A DNA stretch of 64,000 nt from Promethearchaeota archaeon (lineage in GTDB: Archaea; Asgardarchaeota; Lokiarchaeia; Sigyniarchaeales; SOKP01): the NCBI GenBank assembly GCA_019057865.1, contig JAHLWP010000005.1, positions 1-64,000 of the forward strand, read 5' to 3'. Every line of letters begins with the position of its first letter. Within the stretch, counting starts at the first letter, position 1. The notes below the pieces were generated by a model that was given only the letters and a program-made list of their open reading frames with translations, ran no database searches and had not been told where the DNA came from. Shown in pieces: positions 28,215 to 37,212 of the stretch. Position numbers and translations under genes: made by a program.

Positions 28215-31200
28215 ATATAAAACCCTGAAGAATTTAAAAATGAACTAAAATGTCTAGCAATATGATCTAAATTCGTCTATTTAAATTTTGATTTTATTAC
28301 TTATAGGATTCATTAAAATAAGTTGTTTTTATTCAAAATCGAAGAATTGAGAGATTAATAAAGGTTAAATTGCTACTTGAAAAATATTTTTTTCTATTAA
28401 TTTAAGAATAATTTCAAAATCTTTAGGACTGCAAGTTTTTTCAGGTATTAAATCTTTAGTATAAAAGGCATCAGTATTAGTCTTTTTGGTAATCGATATT
28501 GCATTATTAATAAAAGACTTCTCAGTTGGGCTTATTCTGATTTTGTCTAATTTATCTATATTAACAACTTTTAGTGGATATACAATTGAAACATTTAGGT
28601 GTTTCATAAGTAAATCCTCTATACCCTTAAACTTTCGAATATCTCCATTAAATTGATCAATCATATTCCCGTAATTCTTATAGATATCATAAGCTAGATC
28701 TTCAAGGGAATAGAGCAAGTATTTTGATGGACTTTCTTTCATTATTAAGATTAATCTAATATTTACGAATTCACTCACTAGTACAATTGAATCTTTATAT
28801 TCTAATTTTATAGTTTGAGATTGATTTTCAATTTTCATTAGTTCAATTCCAAATGAAGAAATGGCTTGCAAAAATCCAGAAATCAAAGTACCATTAAATT
28901 CTTTAATTGCAAATTTTTGTTCATAAATGCTTAATCCAGAATTCTTATTTGTCACAATAAGATAATCAAGGCTCATAATATCCATACATTTACTGAAAAT
29001 TTTCTGCTCTTCCTCAATTTTTCTGGTTCGAATCTTTTTAATTGTTCTGTATGATATAATGCTAAATGCTGATAATCCTACTGCAAGTAGGACAATTCCA
29101 AAAATAGTTAGTGGATCTAAGGTGAATGGGACTGATTGAACTATTATTTGGAATTTTTGAGTAATTACACCTGCATCCGTAGCATTATTCCAAAAAACAT
29201 AAGCCTTATAATTTCCCTCATGGGGATTAGATGGAAGTGTATAATTTAGTTTAAGATCCTCTGTTTCGATTGAATCTATTACATAAGTTTCATCTGGCTG
29301 AGCGGGATACCCTAAAGTATTAATTAACCTAAAAGTAATATTTCCTGGAGGAATTGGAGGCAGAACAGAAAATTGTATTTCTTGACCCGGGTTAAACTTT
29401 TCTTTTTGTACATCGTAAGGAAGTTGAATATTTGGAGAATTTGCTGTGATTTCCCAATCTGTATCCTCTATTATTGTATTATTTGGAAGAAATATAAAAT
29501 GATTTATTGGATCTTTTATAATATCACTTGTAATATTTTCCCATCCAGTTCCACTGTTTCTATATATAGTTATATTATACCAACTGTTTGGATAAATAAA
29601 TTTAATAGAATAATTACAATAATATCGTGAAATTTCAGGATTTAAAGTCCAAATATTGGCAGGATTCTCTTGAATGAATACAAAACCTTCGGTATTTAAG
29701 AAATTTTGTAATTTAATATGAAAACTTAGATTAAATAATAATTCAATTGATCGATTATTATAGATTGGTATATTAAAAACATCACTATTGGGAGAGATAT
29801 TTTTATTCACAGTAATACTTCCATTTCCACTAATTGGAAATAACGATCCATCAATATCTAATGTCATATTTATCTCTTCAGGATTAAATGATCTATCTAC
29901 TCTTTGGATTAGTTTATATAGAAGAGGTTTACCTACATCTTCTTCAGACCATACCCCGCCATCATAAACGGCTGTATGTAAATTGGTGTTTATAGATCCA
30001 CTACCATTAAATAACCAATTGTAATCTGATTTGTCAGTAGGAAAAGTTAATTCTGATCCGTTAATTACTAAATAATAGTTTCCTGGAGAGAGTGAGACTT
30101 CATATTCAAAAATTTGTTGATGCCAACCTGGAGTAGAAATATTTATTACGGTATTTCCTAGAATATTTTCATCTGGAGAATTGGTTGAAATATTATATCC
30201 TTGTATTTGAACATATACTGGTTTAACTGGAGTCCCAGTTATATAGCCATAGATATAAACACCAAATAGTATAGTAGGCTCAATAATATTGATTTCAACA
30301 CCATACCCTAATTTACCCCTTGAATCTATTCTATGAATACTTGTACCGCTTTCTTCAACGGGTTTTATTTCTTTACCTAATTTTACATCTGTAAAATTCA
30401 TTTCAATATATGTTATATTCCATGAAACACATGGTAATGAAATATCTATTGATCTTATTCCACTATTTGTATTTATATTATCTGCAAATTCAAGCATCGG
30501 GAAATTTGAATGGGTTTCAAGGATTTCATCATTATTCTGAGCATTAGCAAAATTAGTACTATATATTAAACTTAGGAATAAAAGTGTTATGAAAGCAAAT
30601 CCTATTATAAAATTTCTTGATTTATATACCTTTTTCAAATACAAATCCCTGAAGATTTTAGATTATACAAAAATGTTATCAAGAAATATAATTTCAATTA
30701 ATCTATTTAAATATTGATTTTATTACTTATAGGATTCATCGACAATAAGTCGTATTTACTCAAAATCGAAGAATTGGAGGGATTAATAAACTTGAAAAAT
30801 ATTTTTCTCTATTAATTTAAGAATGAGTTCAATATCTTTGGGACTGCAAGTTTTTTCAGGTATTAAGTCTTTAATATAAAAGAATTCAGTACTACTTTTA
30901 TTCATAATTGATATTGCAGTATTTATAACAGACTTTTCAGCGGGGTTAATTCTAATTTTCTCTAATTTATCTATATTAACAAGTTTTAGAGGATATACTA
31001 TTGAAACATTTAGGTGCTTTATAAGTAAATCCTCTATACCCTTAAATTGTCGAATATCTCCATTAAATTGATCAATCATATTCCCGTAATTCTTATAAGT
31101 ATCATAAGCTAGATCTTCAAGGGAATAGAGCAAGTATTTTGATGGACTTTCTTTCATTATTAAAATTAATCTAACATTTACAAATTCACTCATTAATACA

Positions 31201-31575
31201 ATTGAATCTTTATATTCTAATTTTATAGTCTGAGATTGATTTTCAACTTTCATTAGTTCAATTCCAAATGAAGAAAGAGCTTGTAGAAACCCAGAAATTA
31301 AAGTTCCATTTAAATCTTTACTTGTAAATTTTTGTTCATAAACACTTAATCCAGATCTCTTATTTGTTACAATAAGATAATCTAAGTTCATAATGTCCAT
31401 ACATTTACTGAAGATTTTCTGCTCGTCCTCAATTTTTCTGGTTCGAATCTTTTTAATTGTTCTATATGATAAAATACTGAATGCTGATAATCCTACTGCA
31501 AGTAGGACAATTCCAAAAATGGTCAGCGGATCCATGGTGAATGGGACTGATGGAACTATTATTTGGAATTCTTGA
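26707..31575. repeat. Diverged ~2.4-kb tandem direct duplication (units ~26707-29155 and ~29155-31575) offset relative to gene boundaries
   Basis: A 99-bp block is identical at 26982-27080 and 29427-29525. Cytoplasmic-domain DNA is near-identical at ~28640-28750 and ~31055-31165. The intergenic spacers 28215-28364 and 30645-30782 are homologous (both contain TGATTTTATTACTTATAGGATTCAT and CAAAATCGAAGAATTG). Confidence 0.85.
28365..30644 (-). CDS. Receptor-like type I membrane protein with a cytoplasmic longin-like domain; paralog C (chimera of a B-like ectodomain and a D-like TM/endodomain)
   Basis: The ectodomain shares IYSTNFANAQNN, DIIKDPINHFIFLPNNTIIEDTDWEITANSPNI and LPSNPHEG with B. The TM and cytoplasmic part share DPLTIFGIVLLAVGLSAFSI.SYRTIKKIRTRKIE and everything downstream with D. 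Confidence 0.8.
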   Translation of the reverse strand: MYLKKVYKSRNFIIGFAFITLLFLSLIYSTNFANAQNNDEILETHSNFPMLEFADNINTNSGIRSIDISLPCVSWNITYIEMNFTDVKLGKEIKPVEESGTSIHRIDSRGKLGYGVEINIIEPTILFGVYIYGYITGTPVKPVYVQIQGYNISTNSPDENILGNTVINISTPGWHQQIFEYEVSLSPGNYYLVINGSELTFPTDKSDYNWLFNGSGSINTNLHTAVYDGGVWSEEDVGKPLLYKLIQRVDRSFNPEEINMTLDIDGSLFPISGNGSITVNKNISPNSDVFNIPIYNNRSIELLFNLSFHIKLQNFLNTEGFVFIQENPANIWTLNPEISRYYCNYSIKFIYPNSWYNITIYRNSGTGWENITSDIIKDPINHFIFLPNNTIIEDTDWEITANSPNIQLPYDVQKEKFNPGQEIQFSVLPPIPPGNITFRLINTLGYPAQPDETYVIDSIETEDLKLNYTLPSNPHEGNYKAYVFWNNATDAGVITQKFQIIVQSVPFTLDPLTIFGIVLLAVGLSAFSIISYRTIKKIRTRKIEEEQKIFSKCMDIMSLDYLIVTNKNSGLSIYEQKFAIKEFNGTLISGFLQAISSFGIELMKIENQSQTIKLEYKDSIVLVSEFVNIRLILIMKESPSKYLLYSLEDLAYDIYKNYGNMIDQFNGDIRKFKGIEDLLMKHLNVSIVYPLKVVNIDKLDKIRISPTEKSFINNAISITKKTNTDAFYTKDLIPEKTCSPKDFEIILKLIEKNIFQVAI

Positions 31576-33071
31576 GATTGAACTCCTGCATCTGTTTCAT
31601 CATTCCAATAAATCTCTATAGTGTATTCTCCTTCACGGAAACTTGTTGGTATTATAAATGAAAATAAAATTTCGTCTGAAGTCACTTCTCTATTTAATTC
31701 AATAATCTCGATAAAATTTCCTGGTTTTATTAAAATAAATGTAAGATTGCCTTGTATTATTGGAACTTCAACTGAAAATTGTAGGTCTTGTTCTGGTTTA
31801 TATTCAGAAAATAGTCCCTTTATCTCGAAATAAATATTCGGTGAATTTGCTGTGATTTTCCAGTCTGCTTCCTCTATTGTTATATTGTTTGGAAGAATGA
31901 TTATATGATATAATGGATCTATTATAATATCTGAAGTAATATTTTCCCAACCAGTTCCAGTATCCCTATATATAGTTAAATTTTGCCAACTTGCAGGATA
32001 TTCAAATTTAACTGTATAATTAGATGAAAACCTAGAAAACTCAGGAAAAATATTCCATTCATTATTAGAATCTGAAATTATTACAGAACCTTCTGAAAGA
32101 AAGGTGTTTCTTAAATTAATGCTATATTTAACGTTAAAACCTAAATCAGACATTAAATTATTTGTAATTGGAATAGATATTACATCAGTATTCAGAGAAA
32201 AGTTCATATTTAAATTTAGATTTCCAGTTCCATAACTACTACCATTTATAATTGGGAAATAATTTTTATCTATTTCAGCAGACATATTAATCTCTTCTGG
32301 AAAAACTTCTTTTGTAATTTTTTGATCTAATTTGTATAGAAACGTTTCTCCAGTTATACCATTTACCCAATCTATATCATATCCCCATGAAAATAAATTT
32401 GGATTATTTGGATTAATATCATTGATTTCCCAATAATATTTTGCCCCATCAGAAGGACCCATTTCTAAACCATTCACAATTAAATAATAATATCCTTTAG
32501 TGATATGTATAGAAGAAGGAAAACTTTGGGAATACCATTTTGTTTCACTTGACATATTTAATACAACTGATCCATAAACTGTTTCATTTGGTTTATTTGT
32601 TGGATTATCATAGCCATTTATTTGAACTTTTATAGTAGTTGTTGTAGCTGGGTTAGATTCATACCCATAAATTTGCACTCCAAAAACATCAGTAGGCTCT
32701 GTAATATTAATTTGGATTGCATATGCTTTATCCCATTTATCTAATTCTCTCGAATGACCAACTCCAATGCTTTCAATTTCTCGTATCTCACGTTTAAATT
32801 CAATATTCGTAAAATTTAACTCAATATTAGTAAGATCCCACTTAGATGAATTTAATGGAATCTCAATTGAACTAACATTGTTAATGTTATCTCTAATATT
32901 CGCGTATTCAGTCATTTCAAAATTAAGATTAATTGGCGGAGATTCGCCATTAATTTGAGCGTTGGAAAAAGTTATGAGATTATTTAAAAAAAATAGAAAT
33001 GATAATAAAACTAATATGATTACAACAACGTTTTTTGATTTTGATATAGCTTTTTCCATAAAATTGATCAA
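30783..33071 (-). CDS. Receptor-like type I membrane protein with a cytoplasmic longin-like domain; paralog D
   Basis: Same signal peptide, ectodomain, TM and longin-like layout as paralogs A-C. The start may be the ATG at 33059. Confidence 0.8.
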   Translation of the reverse strand: MINFMEKAISKSKNVVVIILVLLSFLFFLNNLITFSNAQINGESPPINLNFEMTEYANIRDNINNVSSIEIPLNSSKWDLTNIELNFTNIEFKREIREIESIGVGHSRELDKWDKAYAIQINITEPTDVFGVQIYGYESNPATTTTIKVQINGYDNPTNKPNETVYGSVVLNMSSETKWYSQSFPSSIHITKGYYYLIVNGLEMGPSDGAKYYWEINDINPNNPNLFSWGYDIDWVNGITGETFLYKLDQKITKEVFPEEINMSAEIDKNYFPIINGSSYGTGNLNLNMNFSLNTDVISIPITNNLMSDLGFNVKYSINLRNTFLSEGSVIISDSNNEWNIFPEFSRFSSNYTVKFEYPASWQNLTIYRDTGTGWENITSDIIIDPLYHIIILPNNITIEEADWKITANSPNIYFEIKGLFSEYKPEQDLQFSVEVPIIQGNLTFILIKPGNFIEIIELNREVTSDEILFSFIIPTSFREGEYTIEIYWNDETDAGVQSQEFQIIVPSVPFTMDPLTIFGIVLLAVGLSAFSILSYRTIKKIRTRKIEDEQKIFSKCMDIMNLDYLIVTNKRSGLSVYEQKFTSKDLNGTLISGFLQALSSFGIELMKVENQSQTIKLEYKDSIVLMSEFVNVRLILIMKESPSKYLLYSLEDLAYDTYKNYGNMIDQFNGDIRQFKGIEDLLIKHLNVSIVYPLKLVNIDKLEKIRINPAEKSVINTAISIMNKSSTEFFYIKDLIPEKTCSPKDIELILKLIEKNIFQVY

Positions 33072-33436
33072 TAAATATATTTTATTATGAAAAATCCTTG
33101 GTTAAGTCTTAATACAGAAACCCTTCATATAAAAAAATCCGTAATAATTTATAAATTTATGTAAGATTTATTGACTTTTTTCATATGACTTATTAGAAAT
33201 TCAACTTTTGAGGAAGAGAGATAATTTTCTTAGAGTTCTTTACTGTACTGTAATTTAACGCTAGGATAAGAATGAAAATCTTAGGTAATAAAGATTCTAA
33301 GGAAATTGAATTCAATAAAATGAATAAATATTAACAATTTTGAATTAATTTTTAAAGGATCTGCTATTTTAAATGATTTAACAAATACACTTTATAATTT
33401 CTAGATATTTAGAAATTCCACACGAATTAAAGTGAT

Positions 33437-33820
33437 ATGGATATGATAAACACTATATTATTAATAATTGGAGCTGTTTTTGTGTTATTGTGGGGAATAA
33501 GTCATTTATTTCCAACTAAATCAGTTGTAAAAGATTTTGGTGATATCTCTCAAGACAATAAATATATAATTACAATGGAATGGATTATTGAAGGTTTTAC
33601 GCTTATCTTTATTGGATTACTAGTATTATTGGTTACTCTATTGGGAGGACCTGAAGAAGCAGTCTCAAAATTAGTATATTGGATTTGTTCTGTAATGTTA
33701 TTTGGTTTAGCAATTCTTTCTTTGTTTACTGGTGCGAAAGTAGCTTTTATTGTTTTTAAACTCTGTCCAGTCATTTTTACAATATCCGGGATTTTAATAT
33801 TAGCAGGAAGTCTTTTATAG
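33437..33820 (+). CDS. Four-TM membrane protein, function unknown
   Basis: A hydrophobic 127-aa ORF with conserved-looking WGISHLFPT and MEWI.EG segments. Confidence 0.7.
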   Translation: MDMINTILLIIGAVFVLLWGISHLFPTKSVVKDFGDISQDNKYIITMEWIIEGFTLIFIGLLVLLVTLLGGPEEAVSKLVYWICSVMLFGLAILSLFTGAKVAFIVFKLCPVIFTISGILILAGSLL

Positions 33821-33854
33821 AAAAATCTTATTTAATATTTCTCAATCTTTTTTT

Positions 33855-35378
33855 TTATGTAGCTGCTATTCTTTTGGGAACTTTAGTCTGGGCTTTTAGA
33901 TTTTCATGTAATACTTTATTTACTAGTTTGAATCTAATATCCTTATAGTTATTATCATACCATAGATTATTTAGTTCATTAGGATCATTTTTACGATCAT
34001 ATATATCCCCAAAATTACTCATTCCTTCGTAAATTGTTATTTTATAATTTTCGGTTATTAAATGTCTTAAACGTGCTTCAAGAGGTCCTATTTCTTCATC
34101 ATTTTCTATAAATATACTGTCTTTGACTTTTTCATTTGGATTTTTTAATATAGGATTTATATCAAAACCCTGCATATCTGGAGGTTGGTGTCGTTCAGGA
34201 ATGTTTAAAGTATTTAAAATTGTCTTAGGATAATCAATTGAACTTACTAATGAATCAGATACAGCTGGCTTTGTTAACCCTGGTACTTTCCATATCAATG
34301 GAAGTTGCAGTACTCCATTGAATGGGCAAGGTCCCTTAAATAATAAACCATGATCCCCCATTAAATCTCCATGATCGCTCATGAAAACAACAATTGTGTT
34401 ATCTGAGTAACCTAGTTTGTCCAGTGCGGCTAATATTTGTCCTATAGTGTAATCAACATATGAAACTGCTGCATATGTTAATGCAGTAATTTTACGAACT
34501 TCTTCCTCTGATGATTCACGTAGGAAAGCTTTTTTAAATGGGGGATTCTTCAAATGAGGTCCTAAGAACTTATGACCGTATAAATTTCTAATATCAGTAA
34601 AATTTGGAGGAAGTTTAACTTTATCAGGTTTATACATATCTCGATATTGTTGGGGGGGAAATAAGGGGTAATGTGGGTCTGGAAAGGAGCAATGTAAATA
34701 AAAGGGTTTATTTCCATAGTCTCCATTAGCATATCTTTCCAAAAATGCAATAGTTCGTTCTTTCACATATGTAGTATTGTATAATTCTTCAGGAATCTCA
34801 TCACAAAATAAACTAAATAGATTATCATAGTTTTGAACTCTCTTTTTCATTCTATTCGCTTGCTCTGGTGATTTTTCTTCTAACCACTGAAGATAATGGC
34901 CTGAACAGACCGAACCATTTCCAGAAACTACTTCCACTTCTTGATATCCATAATAAGGAAGAGGAAAATTTTCTCTAACAGGATAATTTTTATCTCTCTT
35001 AATAGCCCAATCAGTTATGCTTTCTGCTGATCTACTCTTATGACGAAATGGTCCAAGCCAATATTGATGGTGTATTTTACCAATAGCTGCTGTATACCAC
35101 CCCCTTTTATTTAATGTTTGAATAATTGTTGGAATGGTGAGTCGTAAATTTATGCCATTACTTCTAACACCATGCACATTAGGATAAACGCCTGTGGCTA
35201 ATGTAGCTCGATTAGGCATGCATATTGGGTTAGTACAGAAATGGTTTGTAAACCTTATTCCCTCATTTGCCAATCTATCAAGATTCGGTGTCTTTATAAT
35301 CAGATTTCCGGTACATCCTAAATGATCTGCTCTTTGAGCATCAGTAATTAGAAATAATACATTCAATTTTTCACTCAT
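33855..35378 (-). CDS. Sulfatase (Cys-type, formylglycine-dependent)
   Basis: N.LFLITD.QR.D, the CMPNRA (CxPxR) signature, GKIH, SFPDPHYP, SDHGD..GDHGL..KG and DP.EL.NL. Confidence 0.93.
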   Translation of the reverse strand: MSEKLNVLFLITDAQRADHLGCTGNLIIKTPNLDRLANEGIRFTNHFCTNPICMPNRATLATGVYPNVHGVRSNGINLRLTIPTIIQTLNKRGWYTAAIGKIHHQYWLGPFRHKSRSAESITDWAIKRDKNYPVRENFPLPYYGYQEVEVVSGNGSVCSGHYLQWLEEKSPEQANRMKKRVQNYDNLFSLFCDEIPEELYNTTYVKERTIAFLERYANGDYGNKPFYLHCSFPDPHYPLFPPQQYRDMYKPDKVKLPPNFTDIRNLYGHKFLGPHLKNPPFKKAFLRESSEEEVRKITALTYAAVSYVDYTIGQILAALDKLGYSDNTIVVFMSDHGDLMGDHGLLFKGPCPFNGVLQLPLIWKVPGLTKPAVSDSLVSSIDYPKTILNTLNIPERHQPPDMQGFDINPILKNPNEKVKDSIFIENDEEIGPLEARLRHLITENYKITIYEGMSNFGDIYDRKNDPNELNNLWYDNNYKDIRFKLVNKVLHENLKAQTKVPKRIAAT

Positions 35379-35414
35379 TATCTTTACTCTAATTTTTCGA
35401 AATATATAATTTTC

Positions 35415-35585
35415 TTAATTCAAAATTCTCACAAAGAGAGATAAATAAGATGTTGTTAGACCAGTAGAATGAAGTCCGCATAGATCTTCTGCTATTTGAA
35501 TAATATCGTTAGTTTTATTATCTTCAGTTAAATGGTGTTTTTGTAAAACTAATTTATAAATTTGAATTAAATCGAAAGCGTCCAT
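35415..35585 (-). pseudogene. Truncated N-terminus of an AlkZ/YcaQ-like (HTH_42) DNA glycosylase gene
   Basis: My own translation gives MDAFDLIQIYKLVLQKHHLTEDNKTNDIIQIAEDLCGLHSTGLTTSYLSLFVRILN*, preceded by a GGTGA Shine-Dalgarno. L.KHHL ... L.GLH.T ... YLSL..R resembles the N-terminus of the HTH_42 family, but the ORF stops after 56 aa. Confidence 0.55.
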
Positions 35586-35635
35586 ATGATATCACCTGGT
35601 AATATTATCATTAAAAATAAAAAAATTGATGAAAA

Positions 35636-36202
35636 TTAAGATTTAATTTTTTTAAGCACAAAAGCAATATTTCTACCTAATCTCTCAAATGTTCGTATAC
35701 CCTCCTCGTCATTCAATACATCTCCCGGATCCCCCCCAACTCCAAGATTCCAATAACTCGAACCAACAACTATCATTTGCTTTATCAAGAAAAAATAGTT
35801 AATACTAGAGAATACATGAACTGCTCCTGCTCGTCTAACGGCAACCACAGCAGCACCAACTTTATGTTTTAAATGTCTTCCTGTTGCATATCCTGCTCTT
35901 TCTATTAATGCTTTTGTACTTGTAGTTAGATTTGAGAAATAAGTTGGTGATCCAATGATAATCCCATCTGCTTCAAGCATTTTTTTAATATAGTCATTCA
36001 TTTTATCTCCAGGTAAAACACATTTTTGATCATCATTATCAATACATTCTAAACAAGCTGTACATCCTTGTAACTTATCCATACCAATCCAATTATAATC
36101 ACACTCAATTCCAGCAGCTTTTAGCTCATCCATAACGATATTAAGGCAGTGATATGTATTTCCTTCTTTTCTTGGACTTCCGTTAAATAATACTACTTTC
36201 AC
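35636..36202 (-). CDS. Iron-sulfur flavoprotein (Isf) / NADPH-dependent FMN reductase family
   Basis: NGSPRKEGNT, GCTACLEC......C, ADGIIIGSPTYF and RRAG. Confidence 0.9.
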   Translation of the reverse strand: MKVVLFNGSPRKEGNTYHCLNIVMDELKAAGIECDYNWIGMDKLQGCTACLECIDNDDQKCVLPGDKMNDYIKKMLEADGIIIGSPTYFSNLTTSTKALIERAGYATGRHLKHKVGAAVVAVRRAGAVHVFSSINYFFLIKQMIVVGSSYWNLGVGGDPGDVLNDEEGIRTFERLGRNIAFVLKKIKS

Positions 36203-36323
36203 TTTTAGTTCCCCTAAATAATTAGCAAATTAATTTTCAATAATTATTATAATACTATTAATTTTTTTGAAAAATCAATTATCACATTCAAAAAAAGGAA
36301 AAAAAGGATTTATTTATCAAAAC

Positions 36324-37067
36324 CTACTTTTCTCTTAGAAGTAATCGTTCCATCCATTTTGGTAACATGAAACCCCCATAAAATTCGATAGAACTCGAGA
36401 TTAAGATCAATCTAGCTACAATTAGTATGATAATCGAAATACCACTTAAAATTTCTAATACAGAGCCCAAAACGAAAGAAATAAAAGCAGCAAAAAGTAA
36501 TTTTCCTTTTAATCTGATTTCGGGACTTTTAGATTTTAAAGATTGTCGAGCAAATAAGATTCCCGTTAATAAAACAATGACAACAAGGAAAAGTTGGTAA
36601 GCAGTAACGAAGAACTCATATTCAGCGTCAACAGGGCTAGTAACTTCTCCTATTTTTGTATAATCAATAAAAACTATTGAGAAAAACACTATTTCGAAAA
36701 CAATTCCAATAATTCCAAAAATTATTAAAATTGTTTTCTGATTTTTTTTATAGAGAAGGTCTGTAAAGGCAATCATCCAAATAAAAGCTGTTATTGGTAA
36801 TGGTACAACTCCTATTATGAAATAAAATGGGGGTGCTGACATATAACCATCACCACCAGTTATTAATGCGACTAAAAATGAAGAGGAACTCGCATACCAA
36901 CTGGATACAATTCCAAGCCAGACAAGACCGACGAGTAATATCGTTCTATTTTTAGATTTAGGATATTTTGAGATAATGGTTATACCAATTACTACTGATA
37001 CAATAGCAAATATTAAGCTAAAAATTCCATTTAAAAATTCGTCTGGGGTTAACGTCAAAAATATCAC
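36324..37067 (-). CDS. Seven-TM membrane protein, function unknown
   Basis: Seven hydrophobic segments and a basic loop (SLKSKSPEIRLKGK), ending in GF.LPKW. There is no soluble output domain. Confidence 0.65.
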   Translation of the reverse strand: MIFLTLTPDEFLNGIFSLIFAIVSVVIGITIISKYPKSKNRTILLVGLVWLGIVSSWYASSSSFLVALITGGDGYMSAPPFYFIIGVVPLPITAFIWMIAFTDLLYKKNQKTILIIFGIIGIVFEIVFFSIVFIDYTKIGEVTSPVDAEYEFFVTAYQLFLVVIVLLTGILFARQSLKSKSPEIRLKGKLLFAAFISFVLGSVLEILSGISIIILIVARLILISSSIEFYGGFMLPKWMERLLLREK

Positions 37068-37212
37068 TTTTTTTGCAATTCTGTAAAAATATAATTAATT
37101 GAATTAATATATATGATAAAATAATTAATAAGCTTATATCATATATTTAACATAAATTATTTTAGAGCTATTTTTCATATATTTTCATATAATAAAGAAT
37201 TTATTCAAATCC

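Noticed and set aside
25938-33071. Diversity-generating retroelement as the source of ectodomain variation
   Set aside because: There is no reverse transcriptase in the window and no template/variable repeat pair with adenine-specific mismatches. The differences include indels and all base types.
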